Shown here piece by piece: positions 1 to 14,530 of a stretch of DNA of 64,000 nucleotides. Under the pieces are notes generated by a model, which saw only the letters and a program-made list of their open reading frames with translations, was not told where the DNA came from and searched no databases. Positions within the stretch are counted from its first letter, which is position 1, and each line of letters starts with the position of its first letter. Source of the DNA: the human T2T-CHM13v2.0 reference genome, Homo sapiens; assembly GCF_009914755.1 (NCBI RefSeq), contig NC_060938.1. The stretch is one strand, 5' to 3'. The position numbers were made by a program, and so were the translations under genes.

Positions 1-19
1 AATCCTATAAAAGCACTCT

Positions 20-480
20 TGTTAAGTCCCAGATGTCCTACCTGCTCATTCAGTTGGGCATTTTCTTTTCTTAACCAAATTAACATCTTTGCTGCATTTG
101 ACACTGTCATCTTCCTTAAAAATCTTCTCTTATTTGCCATTCTGGAATCTGGAAATAAGATTTTTTTCCTCTTGTCCATTCCTTATCAGTCTTCTTTGTA
201 AACTCCCCTTTTATGCTGTCTAGATGAATGTTGGATGATCACATTCATGGTCAATATTGCGGTCTTCTTGTATTTTTCCCTATTTTCTGCCTGCAATGAA
301 CTGATCACTAGGTGCTGTCCGTTAAACTGACAAATCACAGGCAAATGCCAAGTTACTCTCTCCATCTCCACTGCCATTGTCTCAACTCATATCCTCACCC
401 TCTACTACTTGAATGACTCTTAGTTTGCTAACAGTTCTTCCTGCTGTTTCTCATCATTTCCATGACCATCACCATCACCA
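20..480 (+). mobile_element. L2 (LINE-2) fragment, reverse-transcriptase region
   Basis: 'gctgcatttgacactgtc' translates to AAFDTV (ORF 19..201), matching the L2/CR1 RT motif DLSAAFDTVDH; pyrimidine-rich L2-like sequence follows. Boundaries approximate. Confidence 0.7.
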
Positions 481-522
481 GTTCAAATGGAGTTTGAATT
501 TGCGTGCTTTAGCTTTCCATAA

Positions 523-998
523 TGATGGTGTTCAGGACAAGCTATGCCAAAATACAGCACCTTGGCATTTGAGAAAATAGCAAAAAAAGGAAGGTCTCCT
601 GAACTTTCTTCTGTTCTCCCATGAAACAGGCCATAAAAATTATCTGATTTTCCTCTGAAGCCCACTCTATACCCAGAGAAAAGGGATGTCCTTATCTCTG
701 AAGATACAGGGACTCAGAGATGTATCTAAAAAGTGGGCTTTGCTAAGGCCTCCCTGATAGAACATACCCTTGTCTCACCATACAGCTGCACAATTGTCCA
801 CTCTTCATCAAACTCAGCATAAAAATTCATGTTTCCCTGTTTCTTTGGGTCTTCATTTCTGAAGGCTCCTGTGTCACGTAAAATTTATATTAAATAAATT
901 TGTATGTTTTTCTCCTGTTAAATCTTTATTTTGTTATAGAGAGTCATCAGCCATGAACATAGCAACGGGTGAGAAAAGAAATTTCTTCTATAATACCA
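523..998 (+). mobile_element. Solo ERV1 LTR, MER34/MER39-like
   Basis: Starts TG with 'ttcaggacaagctatgccaaaatacagcaccttggcatttgagaaaa'; contains 'gggtcttcatttctgaaggctcctgtgtcacgtaaaa', AATAAA at 893-898 and a CA end. Matches the recalled MER34/39 consensus. Confidence 0.7.
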
Positions 999-1001
999 AC
1001 C

Positions 1002-1295
1002 TTTTTTTTTTTTAAGACAGGGTCTCGCTCTTTCACCCAGGCTGGAGTACAGTGATGCAATCTCAGCTCACTGCAACCTCCACCTCCTGGGGTCAAGTGA
1101 CTCTCGTGCCTCAGCCTCCTGAGTAGCTGGGATTACAGGCTTGCACCGCCATGCCCAGCTGATTTTTGTATTTTTAGTAGAGATGGGGTTTCACCATGTT
1201 GGCCAGGCTGGTCTCGAACTTCTGACCTCAAGTGATCCGCCTGCCTTGGGCTCCCAAAGTGCTGGGGTTATAGGCGTGAGCCACAGCAATGGGCC
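1002..1295 (-). mobile_element. Alu (S/J), full length
   Basis: Poly-T then the reverse-complement Alu body ending GGCC; TSD aataccaa at 992-999 and 1296-1303. Confidence 0.97.
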
Positions 1296-1320
1296 AATAC
1301 CAAGTTTAAAAAAAAAAAAA

Positions 1321-1603
1321 TTGAGACAGGGTCTCACTCTGTTGCCCATGCTGGAGTGCAGTGATGGGATCATGGCTCATGGGAACCTCAAACTCCTGGG
1401 CTCCAGTGATTCTCTTACCTCAGTCTTCTAAGAAGCTGAGACTATAGGTGTGCATCACCACATATTGCTAAGTTTTTATTTTTTGTGGAGATAGGGTCTC
1501 ACTATGTTGCTCAGGTTGGTCTCAAACTCCTGGACTCAAGCAATCCTCCCGCCTTGGCCTCCCAAACTGCTGGGATTACAGGTGTGAGCTACCATGCCCA
1601 GCC
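1321..1603 (-). mobile_element. AluJ-like, full length
   Basis: Diverged Alu body with J-type 'ctcaaactcctggactcaagcaatcctccc'; same orientation as the preceding Alu. Confidence 0.95.
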
Positions 1604-2949
1604 TACCTATCATTTTTAAGCTATAATAGGATTGTTGGTTTATTTGCCTTATTTTGAGGGAGTGATTATGACAGATATCTTTTAAGTATTTAAAGACAAT
1701 TTCTCATCTTACCCCTAAATGTATCTTAGATTGTTTGCATCATAAAGACTTTACCCATGAAAACAATGATGAAAAACTGCAGCTCAGTTTCGATAAATAT
1801 TAAAAGTAATTTATAAGTTTTGGAGTCTGAAATAATGAATGATGTTTATAGCAATAATTAATCGGTGCTTTCTAAGCAATATCTCAAAAGGTATTTTCTT
1901 CTATGTATTTCTTGTCTAATAAATATATGCATTATGCTTATGTAAAAATGATTAATAACAAGAATGGCTCTATGCGGCTTTATCAAAAGTACAAAGTAAT
2001 TAATTAAAATCCTTTTTAAATCAAGAAACTATAATGTGCCCTTCATCTTACAGTTCTTAATTGAATTTCTAAATAAAATTTAAGCCATACCCTCATTTTA
2101 TGTTTTTCTCTTGGCTCTCTCCTGATGAATATAAACTCTGATGTATTACTGCTAGAGTGTACCATTCTGTCATATATATAAATTCCACAAAGTCTTCAGC
2201 CATGAAAAAGATGGTTACATGGTGCTTTTTAAAATATCTGAGAATTAATCATTCATTTCTCTTTCTCAACATATCTTTTATGTTTTGCCTGTTTCTCGAA
2301 GATAAGGGGAGTAGTAATGTTAAGCAATGTTACTATTCCTCGCTGGTGGAAAAAAATGAAACTATCAGTCCCCAAACAAAGCTACACACTTGACTTTGAA
2401 GGTGCAATACTTTGTCCAATTTCAGAGTCTTTCCAAATACCTTTCTTGAATTATGAAATGCAAAATCACTTTGACAGTTACAGTTTCTATTTTCAGAATC
2501 TGTGCCTTTGTCACATAATTTTGCATAATCTTCCAAGCACTTGGGGCATGAAGGCAGTAAGAGGGAGATTTAAAGTGCTTGAATTGCTACAGTATAAATG
2601 ACACATGAAGCAATCATATAAATTTAATCAAAAGATTTACCTCTACAAAGAACATTTCCAAAACATTATTTATGTTCATGCGTGACTCAACATTGTAAGT
2701 AGCACCTGTACAGTTAATATTTGAATAAAAGAGAAACAATTGAAAACCTTAAGGATTATTTGAGTTTAAGCTTTTCAATCATTTTCAGTATAACTAAAAT
2801 ATTCCTATAAAGTATAAATGTCTAAACCTAGGTAATGGTCCAGAGAAACGAAAATTAATTGATCTCTTTATGTGGAAATACTATGCAAGTGGTTTAATTC
2901 AAGAAAGGAGTTGTTCCTAGTTGTAAGAATTAACATATGTAAAAGGTTA

Positions 2950-3250
2950 TACTCTCACACTGCTGGTAGAAGTGCAAATTAGATTTCATTTTGGAAAAAA
3001 ATTTGGAAATAAATTTTAATAAAACTAATAAAATTTTCCAGTTAAGTCAGAAATCTATCCCAGAGAGATAATCACAAACTAATCTATGTAATTAAGTAGT
3101 TCATTCCAGCATCCTTTAAAATGACAAAATTATAAAAACAATATAAATTTCTGAATTATGACAAGTGTTTATTAAATGTAGTACAAGTGATTGACAATAT
3201 GGTAACTATGTACTTAATTATGGTACAAATTTAGCATGCTTTATTAAGCA
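2950..3250 (+). mobile_element. Ancient L1M(E) fragment
   Basis: 'actctcacactgctggtagaagtgcaaattag...ttggaaaaaaatttgg' resembles the end of L1 ORF2; heavily diverged. Confidence 0.45.
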
Positions 3251-3649
3251 GACACTAAAATAGCAGTAGATTTGGAAACGAAATAAAAGTCTGAGGAGCA
3301 GCATTTACCAGGGAAGGGTTGGGATAAAGAGAGAAAACATGACATATCCTAGTATTTACATCCTATTAATTTTCTCTTCTTCTAGGGATAAATCAGAAAG
3401 AATAGACAGAAAGAGACATGAAATATTTAAAGTAGTAATTGGCTTATTTCCTCTTCATTTCTCTATTCTTTGGACTTAATGGCTACTGATAGAAATAGGT
3501 GTGGTTCAATGACTCAGCCTTTCATCCTATGTTGAACATAATATTTATTCTCCCATAATGATTTAAATAATTTCCTCCTCAATATTAAAGCACTGCATCC
3601 TTACTGAAGAGAATTATAAAGTTTTGTAAAGTTAGAAAGAACACAAAAA

Positions 3650-4270
3650 TCATATACAACCTCACTCTCTAGGGACTGCCACTCACTGTTTGACAATTTG
3701 ATGTTTTTTCTTAATTATATGATGTACAAATATAGAAATATATACTATGCTATGTACAGTATGAACTTTTATTCATTTTTTTCATTTAATATATTGTGAA
3801 TATTGTCTCATTTCCTAAAAGGTATTGTATTATTTGTAAAATACAATCCATTCCCTTATCAAAACATTATGTAGGTTGTTTCCAGTTTCTTCTAAGGTTG
3901 CAATGAATAGGTGTGCATATTAATTCTGGCCCAAGTTTCTGTTTCATTAGGCATGATTTCTCCATTGTGCATTATAGGCTAAAACCTAAGAGCTAATTTA
4001 AGATTCTGGTGTATTTTGTTTTGTTTTTTGTTTTGTTTCACTTTCCAAAATGCAGCAGTTTATACTTCCACTGGTGGTATATGTATGTCCATTTCATTGC
4101 ACCCTAATCTACATTCAGTATAATCATTTACAAATTATTTACTACTTTTCAAGCTTAAAATGGACTCTTTGGTTTTATTTTCAGTCATTTTACTAATAAT
4201 GCAGTAATCATTATTTTTATTAGATATCTTACTTTTTATTCTGTTTGCTTATTCATATATTTTGCCTTTA
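3650..4270 (-). mobile_element. Ancient L1M fragment
   Basis: 'taggttgtttccagttt...gttgcaatgaatag', 'ctttccaaaatg...tttatacttccact' are typical antisense L1 ORF2/3' motifs. Confidence 0.55.
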
Positions 4271-4731
4271 TTCAACTGGAATCTTTGTGAATTCTTTATA
4301 GAATTCCATGATATCTTCAAATGTCACCAAAGGTAGCAATTTATATCCATGAAAATATGGTTCTTAATTTGTCCTTTGGCTTTTAGTAGATTTTCTCATA
4401 TTGTGTATTCTTAGAGAAGGATATGGGAATGCATTTATGTAATCAGATTTAACCTAAAATATACATTCAAAGTAAGGTTAGAATTTCCACGTGTTAATTA
4501 TTTTTTTCTGATTCATCGTTAATCAATAGGGCAATACCTTAATATTATAGTGAAAATGAGAGTTATTTGTTTATTCATTCCTGTATTTAATACTGTATAT
4601 TGAGCAGCCACTGGCTAAAAAGGCCTCCCTTCAGACACCGAATACATTAGTTAAACAAAACAGGTGCAGATTCTTGACTGCAGGAATCTTTCTTACATTC
4701 TAACAGGGGGAGACAGATAACAAATAACACA

Positions 4732-5521
<790 letters not shown>

Positions 5522-6199
5522 AATGCAAAATAATTAAATTAGATAGTATTAGGAGATATTATTAAGTGCTCTTTTTAAAAAAGTAAGATTAGTGTAAGGT
5601 TAGAGGGGTCAGGAATGCCTGCTTGAGGAGACTGGGCAGATAGAGGATTAAATAGTATGGCCAGATTGAGACTCTTATCAAGAAGGTAATATTTGAGAAA
5701 AGACATGATGGAGGTAAGAATGTTAGCCAGGTGGACACATGAAAGAAGTCTTTTCAATTTGGCTGCAAAAGGACCTGAGAGAGGAAAGACTCCAAGGCAG
5801 ACAGGCATCTCTGAAGAACAGCAAGAAGCCTTGTGTGTCTGGAGTGGATTGGTGGAAGACGGCATGTGGCGATAAAACCAGAAAGGCGGGGGGGACTGGA
5901 TCATGGCCCTTGGAAACTTTAACTTTTACTATGAGTGAAATGGGAAGACACTGGAAGATGTAGAGAAAGCAAATAATATATGATTTAAAAGCTTCAAGAG
6001 CCAATGTGGCTGCTGTATTGAACATAGCCCGTTATGGGAAGAAGCCAAGAGATTTGTTCTGAGGTTACTTCGCCAAACCACATAAAAGATAATGGGAACT
6101 TAACTAAGGTTTTAAAGATGGAGGTGATGGGAAGGGACTCTGCTCTCTAAATAATTTAAAAATGTACATATAAAATTTCGGAGATTCTTTTCCCAGGTA

Positions 6200-6370
6200 G
6201 CCACCATAGCATTCCTAGATGGCTTCACTTAATTATCACAAATATATCACACTATTATCAAACATTCATCACACTTGTCTGAAATCATCTGTTTACTCTT
6301 TCTTTTCTTCTAGACTGCAAATTGAACTCTAAGAAAAGCAACTGTGTATTTTCAGGTGAGCCTAATAAAA
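6200..6370 (+). mobile_element. L2 3' fragment
   Basis: 'cattcatcacacttgtctgaaatcatctgtttac...ctagactgcaaa' resembles the L2 3' end. Confidence 0.5.
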
Positions 6371-8689
6371 AGCTACATGCTGCCATCCCTATTTCTAATC
6401 AGTACTGTAGGTACAGTTCAGTTTTCTAAGAAGAGTTATCTTTTATGACACAGCAGAGGTCCTTCAGGCCACTTCCCTCAGAAGCTGTATCACTTCAAAC
6501 CACCCAGATGACACTTAGAGGTTAAAGTCACGTTCATATTATTTTGATTTTTTTTAAGAAAGAAAACCTCATGAATATGGTATAATCATCAGCAGAAAGA
6601 CAGTCAATTTGTAATATTGCTTCTTGGATTTTAATTTACGTCCCCCGCTTTGTGGGTTGGAGCATTCTAAAGAAACAGCGTGGACCAATTCAATAAGAAA
6701 AAAACGTGAGCAGTGACACCATGTTCACATATCACTGAGGAGTAAAGTGCAAAAAACTTTAAAGTCTGTGAAGTATGTACGATAACTGATTTCTGCTCCA
6801 TAATAAGCACCACAATCATTACAGGCTATGAGATTCATTTTTGTTTTAAAAACTTTTTCTAATTGGTCCACATACTAACAAGAGCCAACTACCATTTGTT
6901 GTCTTCAGACAGGAAGCTTGTCAGGATCAGAGCAAAGACCGTTTTGCATTCTAACCACTGGTTAGAAGACATGCCTATAAGTTAATCTTTGGAACTAAAG
7001 GCTTTAACCATTTAGCACCAAGAAAAGCATAATTAACCTGGAGTGAGCCTTGTGTCTTGTAGTTTACTTAAGAGGATGATAAAATATGGGAGAGTGAGAG
7101 AAAAATGAAGTAGTGATAACTTTGTTTTTCTAGTCTTGGAAAATTTTAACAAGCATGTTAAAAGTCATCTAAGGAAACCAAGAAATCATTTATATCCTTT
7201 CCTTTAATTTTTATTGTACTAATTTGATCCTGGTATTTGCCAGTTTTCTTTTTGTTTTTTTGTTTTTACATACTTGTGGTTTACTTCCTCACTCTTCTTA
7301 AAGTTTGTCTTTGTAACAAACTTATAACAAGTGATTTCAGACAACAAATGACATAGCAACTATAATCACTTACATAAAAGAGATATTTGAGATATTCTTC
7401 TAGTTTTGAACATGTAAATGAATCAAATGCATGGCTGAAGAGAGAGAGAGAAAATACGCCATTTCAGAGAACAACAACTTTTCAAAGCTTATTATTCTAA
7501 AAATAACTGCAAAATGTCCACATTCCTAATTTTTCTATGTAAATCAGCCTATTGCTTTTACCGTAAGTTCTCTCTAAATTAAACTTGATAAGTATTTTAT
7601 GCTCAACAAAATTGGTCTAATATCAAATTTACTTTTTTACTAATCGAATTAACAAGTATTTATAAAGTATCTACTATTCATCAATCACTGCTAGTTATTG
7701 AAAATAAAAGATGTCTAAGACACATACATTTGAGACTCTCAAATACTTTTCTAATTCAACTTTAGTCTGTTGAATAGGCTTTCAACCCTGGATTGAATCT
7801 GTGTCTTCTAGGGCTTGAAAGTTCACCATAATGTGTTTGGCAGGCCACTGGCTTAGTGTAGGAGAATTAATCTGTTTCCTATAGACAGGTACATCACAGT
7901 TTATGAGGGAGGAAAAGTATATCTCTTCTGCAAATGGAAGTAATCAGAAAAGGATGATTTGTAGGTTGCAAAAAGAAAGGCAAGATAATATGAATTGATC
8001 CCCTTATAATTATAATAGGAATACCATAAACGTCCTTTTTTTTTCTATCCAGTGTGAAGGGGTTAGTGGTTAGACAACAACAACAAAAAAACTCCCAAGC
8101 TTTCAGAGTACACTACAGAGTATAATATTAAAAGAGGGAAAGAAAACTAAGGCATGTATATAAGTGGCTAATGTGGTGGGGTTTGAACATTCTAGAATGT
8201 CCTCAAACTCTGGACAAATTATCATGCCTAGAACTAAGGCCATTTATGTCACTGTCCAGATAGGGAGACTGTAGCCAAACTTTGTATTCCCTTAAATAAT
8301 TAAGTATAAGCTTACCCATATTTTTCTCTCAATTATTTAAATTTTATTACGTCACTAGGATCATAACGGTTGGCCTTGGGAAACAAAAAACTACAACTAT
8401 AAGCTGAAAATGTTATATAGGACCAGAAGATAGGAAAATAAAGCATATGGAAATGAAAAATGTTAACTGGCAGTAGGCGCATGAAGGAGCACATAAGGAA
8501 AATGTTAGCATTAACCTATGTGTAAAGCAGGCAGCTCACAGCCATCTGCTCTACTGGTCTGTCAAATTCACAAATTCTGCTTATCAATGCATATTCTAAA
8601 ATGGATCATCAGGCATCCGTTCCTATATTGGAACAAGGGCCCTAGCCATATTAGATCATTTGATATAATCCCAAAGACCCGTAAGACTT

Positions 8690-8860
8690 CCTATGGAGTG
8701 CTATGTGCCAGATACTCTTGCAAATATTAACAATTCACAAAGACATTGAAAAGTAGTCACTCTTACTAGGAGTACTGCTGTCTTGCAAATTGGGAAACAA
8801 AATCACAGTTAAGAAGCCTGTCTAAAGTCTCACAGTCAGTAACCCAGTGAAGTCTAGCAC
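8690..8860 (-). mobile_element. MIR
   Basis: 'ctatgtgccagatact...gcaaattgggaaac...gcctgtctaaagtctcacag' is the antisense MIR core. Confidence 0.55.
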
Positions 8861-9095
8861 CCATTTAGTTTGGTAATATTTTTTGGAAAGAAGAAGGAAA
8901 GTGTAGGCATCAAAACACTCACAACTGTCTTCAGTTTTCCTGATATAAAATGTCTGTCGATCTTCATGGGAAAGGAGAAGAATGAATAATGTGAGGCAAA
9001 AAACAAACAAACAAACAAACAAAAAACCTTGAGACAGGAAACTCTGCAGACAACTATTTAGAAGAAAAACAAAACAGAAATAAAAAAATTATTTC

Positions 9096-9394
9096 CTTTT
9101 ATTTTTTTCAAGAGATAGGGTCTCGTTCAGCCACCCAAGCTAGAGTGCAGCTGTGCTCACAGCTCACTGCAGCCTCCAACTTCTCCTGGGCTCAAGCAAT
9201 CCTCCCTCCTCAGCCTCCCTAGTAGATGGGAATACAGGCGCATGCCACAACACCCAATTAATGTTTTTAATTTTTGTAGAGATGAAGTCTCACTATTTTG
9301 CCCAGGTGGGTCTCGAAATCCTGGCTTCAAGCAATCCTCTAGCCTTGGCCTCCCAAAGTGTTGGGATTACAGGCATGAGCTACTGTGTCCTGCT
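9096..9394 (-). mobile_element. AluJ-like
   Basis: Full dimer with J-type 'ctcactgcagcctccaact..tcctgggctcaagcaatcctcc'. Confidence 0.95.
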
Positions 9395-12191
9395 GAAAAT
9401 ATTTCAAGTTGCAAAAATACTTTTGAAATGTTGTAGATTACAGATAATGTATAAATTCTGTGACAAAATAAATTATTTTGACAGTAGATTTACAGAGGGA
9501 GGGAGAGGCTGGAATGAAAGAAATGCTCCAGGCTATCACCAACATCAGCTTCATTTCCTTGGGAAAGAGCCTCATGGTTTTCAGATGCTATTGAGGTACA
9601 CACACAAACCACATGTTGCCCATGCAATTTCAAGGTGAGATTCTCAGAAAAGGGCCTTTGAGCTAAACAGTTTTGCATTCATCCTTAATCAGAAGTCAAA
9701 TTTAATCCACACTCTAACTGAAGGCTGAATATATTACAAATAAAGGAAATGGATGTATCTCAGAGATTTATTAATGTGCTTTTGAAAACTATCAAAATCT
9801 CATCAAAATTTCATTTTGTTTTTTCAGGACCATTTTTGCTCTAGTCTAGAAAAGTGTATATTGCTAACCCTTTTAATTCCATGTGAATAAAATCATTCCA
9901 TCAGGCTAATTAATATTTGAGCCATATTTCAGTATTTCAAACTGACATTAAACCTGGCCTATCACTATTAAATATCTATAAAGTGACAAAAGTTTTAACC
10001 AGGCTGCAAAATATTTGACTGGAAGTAAACATTAGACATCAAGGAAAGCACATGCTTTAATTACTCGTATATAGGCTGGAACCTGTACTTGGTTAATTGC
10101 TGAAGTTAAGAGCATGTCCTTTAATAAAATGAAGCCAAGAAAATTACTAAGTCTCTATACTATGTCTCATGCATTGCATTAGGTGTTTGAGTTTCTAAAA
10201 ATGGGTCTCTGTTTTTAAGGGGAAGGGCAGTGGGAAAGAAAGAAGTAACATGAAAAAGGGGAATAAAAAAGTAACTAAAGGCATTGCCTGGGTCTTCAAG
10301 AATCCTCTAAGGGAATAATTTCAAATCTTGTTTTGCTAAATAATTGGAAAGAGTCAAACGCAGATTACTATTCTGGTTAAAATGTCTGAAATGGACATTT
10401 TCAAGGTAAATATCTATATAACAAAAAGACTGGCCATCCCTCTCCCTCTTGATGCTATATTTATTATAAGTAATAGTTTTTGGTTTTTTTTTTTTTACTT
10501 TGAGAAAACAAAGACACTTTTCAGCTTTTTGGGACTGGACATTTGTTTAATCCCTCATTGGGATTAAACACCAAGTGACATGTTCTATATACAATGAAAC
10601 ATAAATTACAAAAGGACGTTATGAAAACAAGGGAATAGAGTGAGTTAGCTAATCAGCCATGGCAACAGCATGGTTAGAAATTTATTAGAATTAGAGGAAC
10701 AGAAATCAACCTTCAATTCTGTTATGAATATCATTAAAACTACACAGTGCCTATGTCTCAGGCTCTTTTAAGTTCCAAGGAAAGAAGAGTACCAGATGCA
10801 GGCTTTCTAGGATGTGAGAGTCTATTCAGAAGAAGATCACATTTATAAAATGATAACTAGCTTTTCTTAAGGGCCAAGAGAATGAAAGAGATATAATGTC
10901 ACTCAGGAATTAAGGGACATATGAAGTCCTAGTGAGATACAGTGGAAAAACTCTGCTGTGAAATTGAGTTATAGCCCTAGACTATTATCCAGCTACTTAT
11001 CCCAAATGCAACTTTTATTTCCATAATGTCCATGAACATTGCAGATAAGAGCACTGACTAGAAATAAGCAGCACCTTGTTATAACCCAAGAGCCATGCTT
11101 ACCGGTTGTATGGCTTTGGCCTAATAACTTAATCTTTCTACGATTGAGTATTTTATTACAGTATGAGATAACAAATGACCACTTCATCAACTAGTTATGA
11201 AAAATAAACTATATAATTCATAAAATATAGCTAGTATATGCCAAAGTGCTCAGTAAATGTTGACTATTAATGGAAAGAATAATAGCCTTTGCTAAATTAC
11301 AAATGAGTATCTAAAAATGAATTTCTTGCAATATAGATAGATAAGAAAAGGGAAACAGTATGAGATTAAGCACTTGCTGATTAATTAGTTTAAGTAAAAA
11401 CTAAAAATTAATGTTGAGTTTCCAGAGCTCTACAAAAATGCTAACATACATTGTACTTGTGGATCTGAAACCTGCCAAGGTTGAGGTCTTTGAAGTTACT
11501 TTCCTTGATTCATATTTTACTGTATATATCACTACTATGTTGAACATTTGATCATTGTTGAGATTTGTGATGTTTTCTCCTGATTTAAATTTATACCATG
11601 TCACCAAGAACCCAACAAAAATTTAGATGTAATAAAACAGATATTTAAAGAAAGACAAAAGCAAGCAAAAAATTCTTAAAATTAATGTAATCATCATTTT
11701 TACTAACACTGTAAAGATTTAGATATAATTCTATTGCAAATAAAAAACAAAGATTCATTTCTGTTCAAACAATCTTAATAGTGAAAATGTAAATCATTAT
11801 ATATATTTAATATAAATTTGAGTATCTTCCATCATCAGGTTGTTTAGTTCACCCATTTCCTTTAACACCAATAAACTAATGTTACTATTCTGATGTGATG
11901 AAGACTCTTTGGAAAAATCTTAATTGGAGGAACAAAACTGGATCCAGATGCAGAGTAATTTCTATATCAGTAACCCTTTTGTACCAGATATAATTTTGGT
12001 TGCTAACATATAAAGAAGAAACATGGATTAATCAATAGAGATATTTCATGAATGACAAACTCAGCAACCTATCTTTGCCTCATAGTCTCAGACAATAAAC
12101 ACTAGCAATATTCTATAATTTAACCAACTTTAATCATCCTATCTTGTTTAAAATATGTTTTACATATACTTTGGATATCTACACATATTCA

Positions 12192-12430
12192 CAAGTACCC
12201 CCCTTATAGGTTGTTTCACTTTCTATGGCTTCAGAAACCCATGGCAGAGTAGGATAAAATATTTAGAGAGGGAGAGATCACATTCATGTAAGTTTTATTT
12301 CAGTATATAGTTATAATTGTTCTATTTTATTACTATTATTGTTAATCTCTTACTGTGCCTGATTTATAAATTAAACTTTATTATAGTATGTGTATATAGG
12401 AAAAAAAACATAGTATATTACTATCTGCAG
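12192..12430 (+). mobile_element. MER44A-like (Tigger7-derived MITE), 3' truncated
   Basis: TIR-like start 'agtacccccctta'; body 'gagagatcacattcatgtaagttttatt...gttaatctcttactgtgcctgatttataaattaaacttta'. Confidence 0.8.
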
Positions 12431-14530
12431 TCCTGCTAACCCCAAGAGAATTTTTGTATAAACCTTAACAGAATACACACAAGGTATATGACTAAATATC
12501 CAAAGATTGGGTTATTTATAAAGAACAACAATTTATTTCTCGCACTTCTGGAGGCTGGAAGTTTGAGATGAAGGGGCTAGCATGGTTTCTAGTGAGGGCC
12601 TCCTCCAGGCTGCAGACTGCCGTCTTCCTGCTGCATCCTCACATGGTGGGAGGATTGAGGGACCTCTCTGGGGCCTCTTTTATAAGGGTGCTAATGCGAA
12701 TCATGAGGACTCCACCTGCATGACTTCGTCATCTGTTAAAGGGCAATCTGTAAATACTATCACCTTCATGTTTAGGATTTCGAGGTATGAATTTTGGGGG
12801 TTACACAAATATTCAGATCATACTATTCCATCTCCCACCTGCCCAAATTTGTGACTTTTTCACATGCAAAATACAGTAATTCCATCTCAGTAGCCCCCAA
12901 AGTCTTCATTTTATCTAGCGTCAACTCACAAACCTAAGTTTAGAGTCTCATCTAAATATCATTTAAATCAGATATGGATGAGACGAAAGGTATACTTCAT
13001 CCTGAGGGAAATTGATCTGTAGCTGTGAATGTGTGAAATCAAACATGTTATGCATTTCCATGATACAACAGTGAAACAGGAATAGCATAGATATTCCTCT
13101 TCCAAAAAAGAAAAAGAAATAGGAAAGATGTAAGGGATTACAGGTCCTGAGTGAGTCCAAAACCTTAATTTTCAAGAATAATCTTCTTTGACTTGATATC
13201 CAGTCTCCCAGACAGACTAAAGCAAGGAGAACCTCCAACATTGCTTGTAGTCCTGCCCCCACAGCCATTTCTGAAGCTCTAATGGGTTGTAGTTAGGGAC
13301 ATGTTGCTCTTCCAGGCTAGAATCACATGAAGGCTACCCTGCTGGTCCAGAGTCACAAAAGTGCCCACATCCCCATGACTCCACTAGGCACTGCCCTAGT
13401 GGGGACTCTTGAAGTGGCCCTGCCCTTGGGATGGCCCTCTGAGTGAGGCTCCAAGTGACTCTATTCTTTGAAATCTAGGTGGAGGTAGGTACACTCTCAG
13501 AGCACACGCATGAGCTGCACCAGGAGAGATGGCACTATGCAAGGTTCACCACCTGTGCCCTCTGGAGAGAGCTTCTGCATCCTGTGCCCCCACCTTGGCC
13601 TACTGGAGCAAAATCTGAGGTGGCTAAAGAGCACTATGCCAGAGTACAGTGAACAAAACCATGAAATCATTCTGCTCCCACCCTCCCCATGCACTTGCAC
13701 TCTGGGTTTGTAATGGAAAGGGCATAATCTCTGAAATGTCCTTTGGAGGTCAGAAGGAAGAGAGGAGAGCTGTAGAGTAAGCCACCATCATCTCAGAAAA
13801 CATATAGGTAATCTTGAAGAGAATGCTGGTAGAAGCATGGATGATAAAAGCTATTGTGATGAGGTCTCATTGTCTTGATGAGTAACTCTTGGCTTCTGTT
13901 GAGATGGCACATTCGTATTAATCTTATCTGTGCTTTCTCATTCTTTTCTATATAAATAAGTTGAGAATTTTCCTAATTTTAAACTTGTTTCCCTTTTGAT
14001 TAAAAATTCTGTCTTTAAATAATTTCCCTTTTTCACATTTTGCTAGAAGCATTCAAGCGAAGCCAAACCACACACTCAACATTTTGCTGGAAATTTCTTC
14101 AAACATTCTACTTTGTCACTCACAAATTCTACCTTCCATAAAACACTAGGACACAAACACAATTCAGCCAAATTATTTGCCACTTTATGACAAGGATCAC
14201 CTTTCCTCAAGTTTCCAGTAACATATTCTTCATCTCCACCTGAGACCTCATAACAATAGCTTTTACCATCTATACTTCGACCAACATTCTCTCCAGGATT
14301 ACTCATATGTTCTTTGAGTTGATGGTGGCTTTATCTACTACAGCTCTCCTCTTTTCTTTCTGAGCTCTAACCAGAATCACCCTGAATGGTCCTCTCACAG
14401 CAATGTAGGCTTTTTCTAGCATGCACCTCAAAACTTTTTCAGCCTCTACCCTTTACCCAATTCTGAAGCTGCTTCCACATTTTTAGTTACTTGTTACAAT
14501 ATCACCTCACTCCTTCTGGTACCAATTTTC

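Noticed and set aside
1141-1431. Alu-derived ORFs (also 4899, 9153, 14906, 20641, 25791, 44905, 52021, 52581, 58979 and others)
   Set aside because: Typical Alu translations ('[14 protein letters not shown]', 'LECSG..SAHCNL'); not genes.
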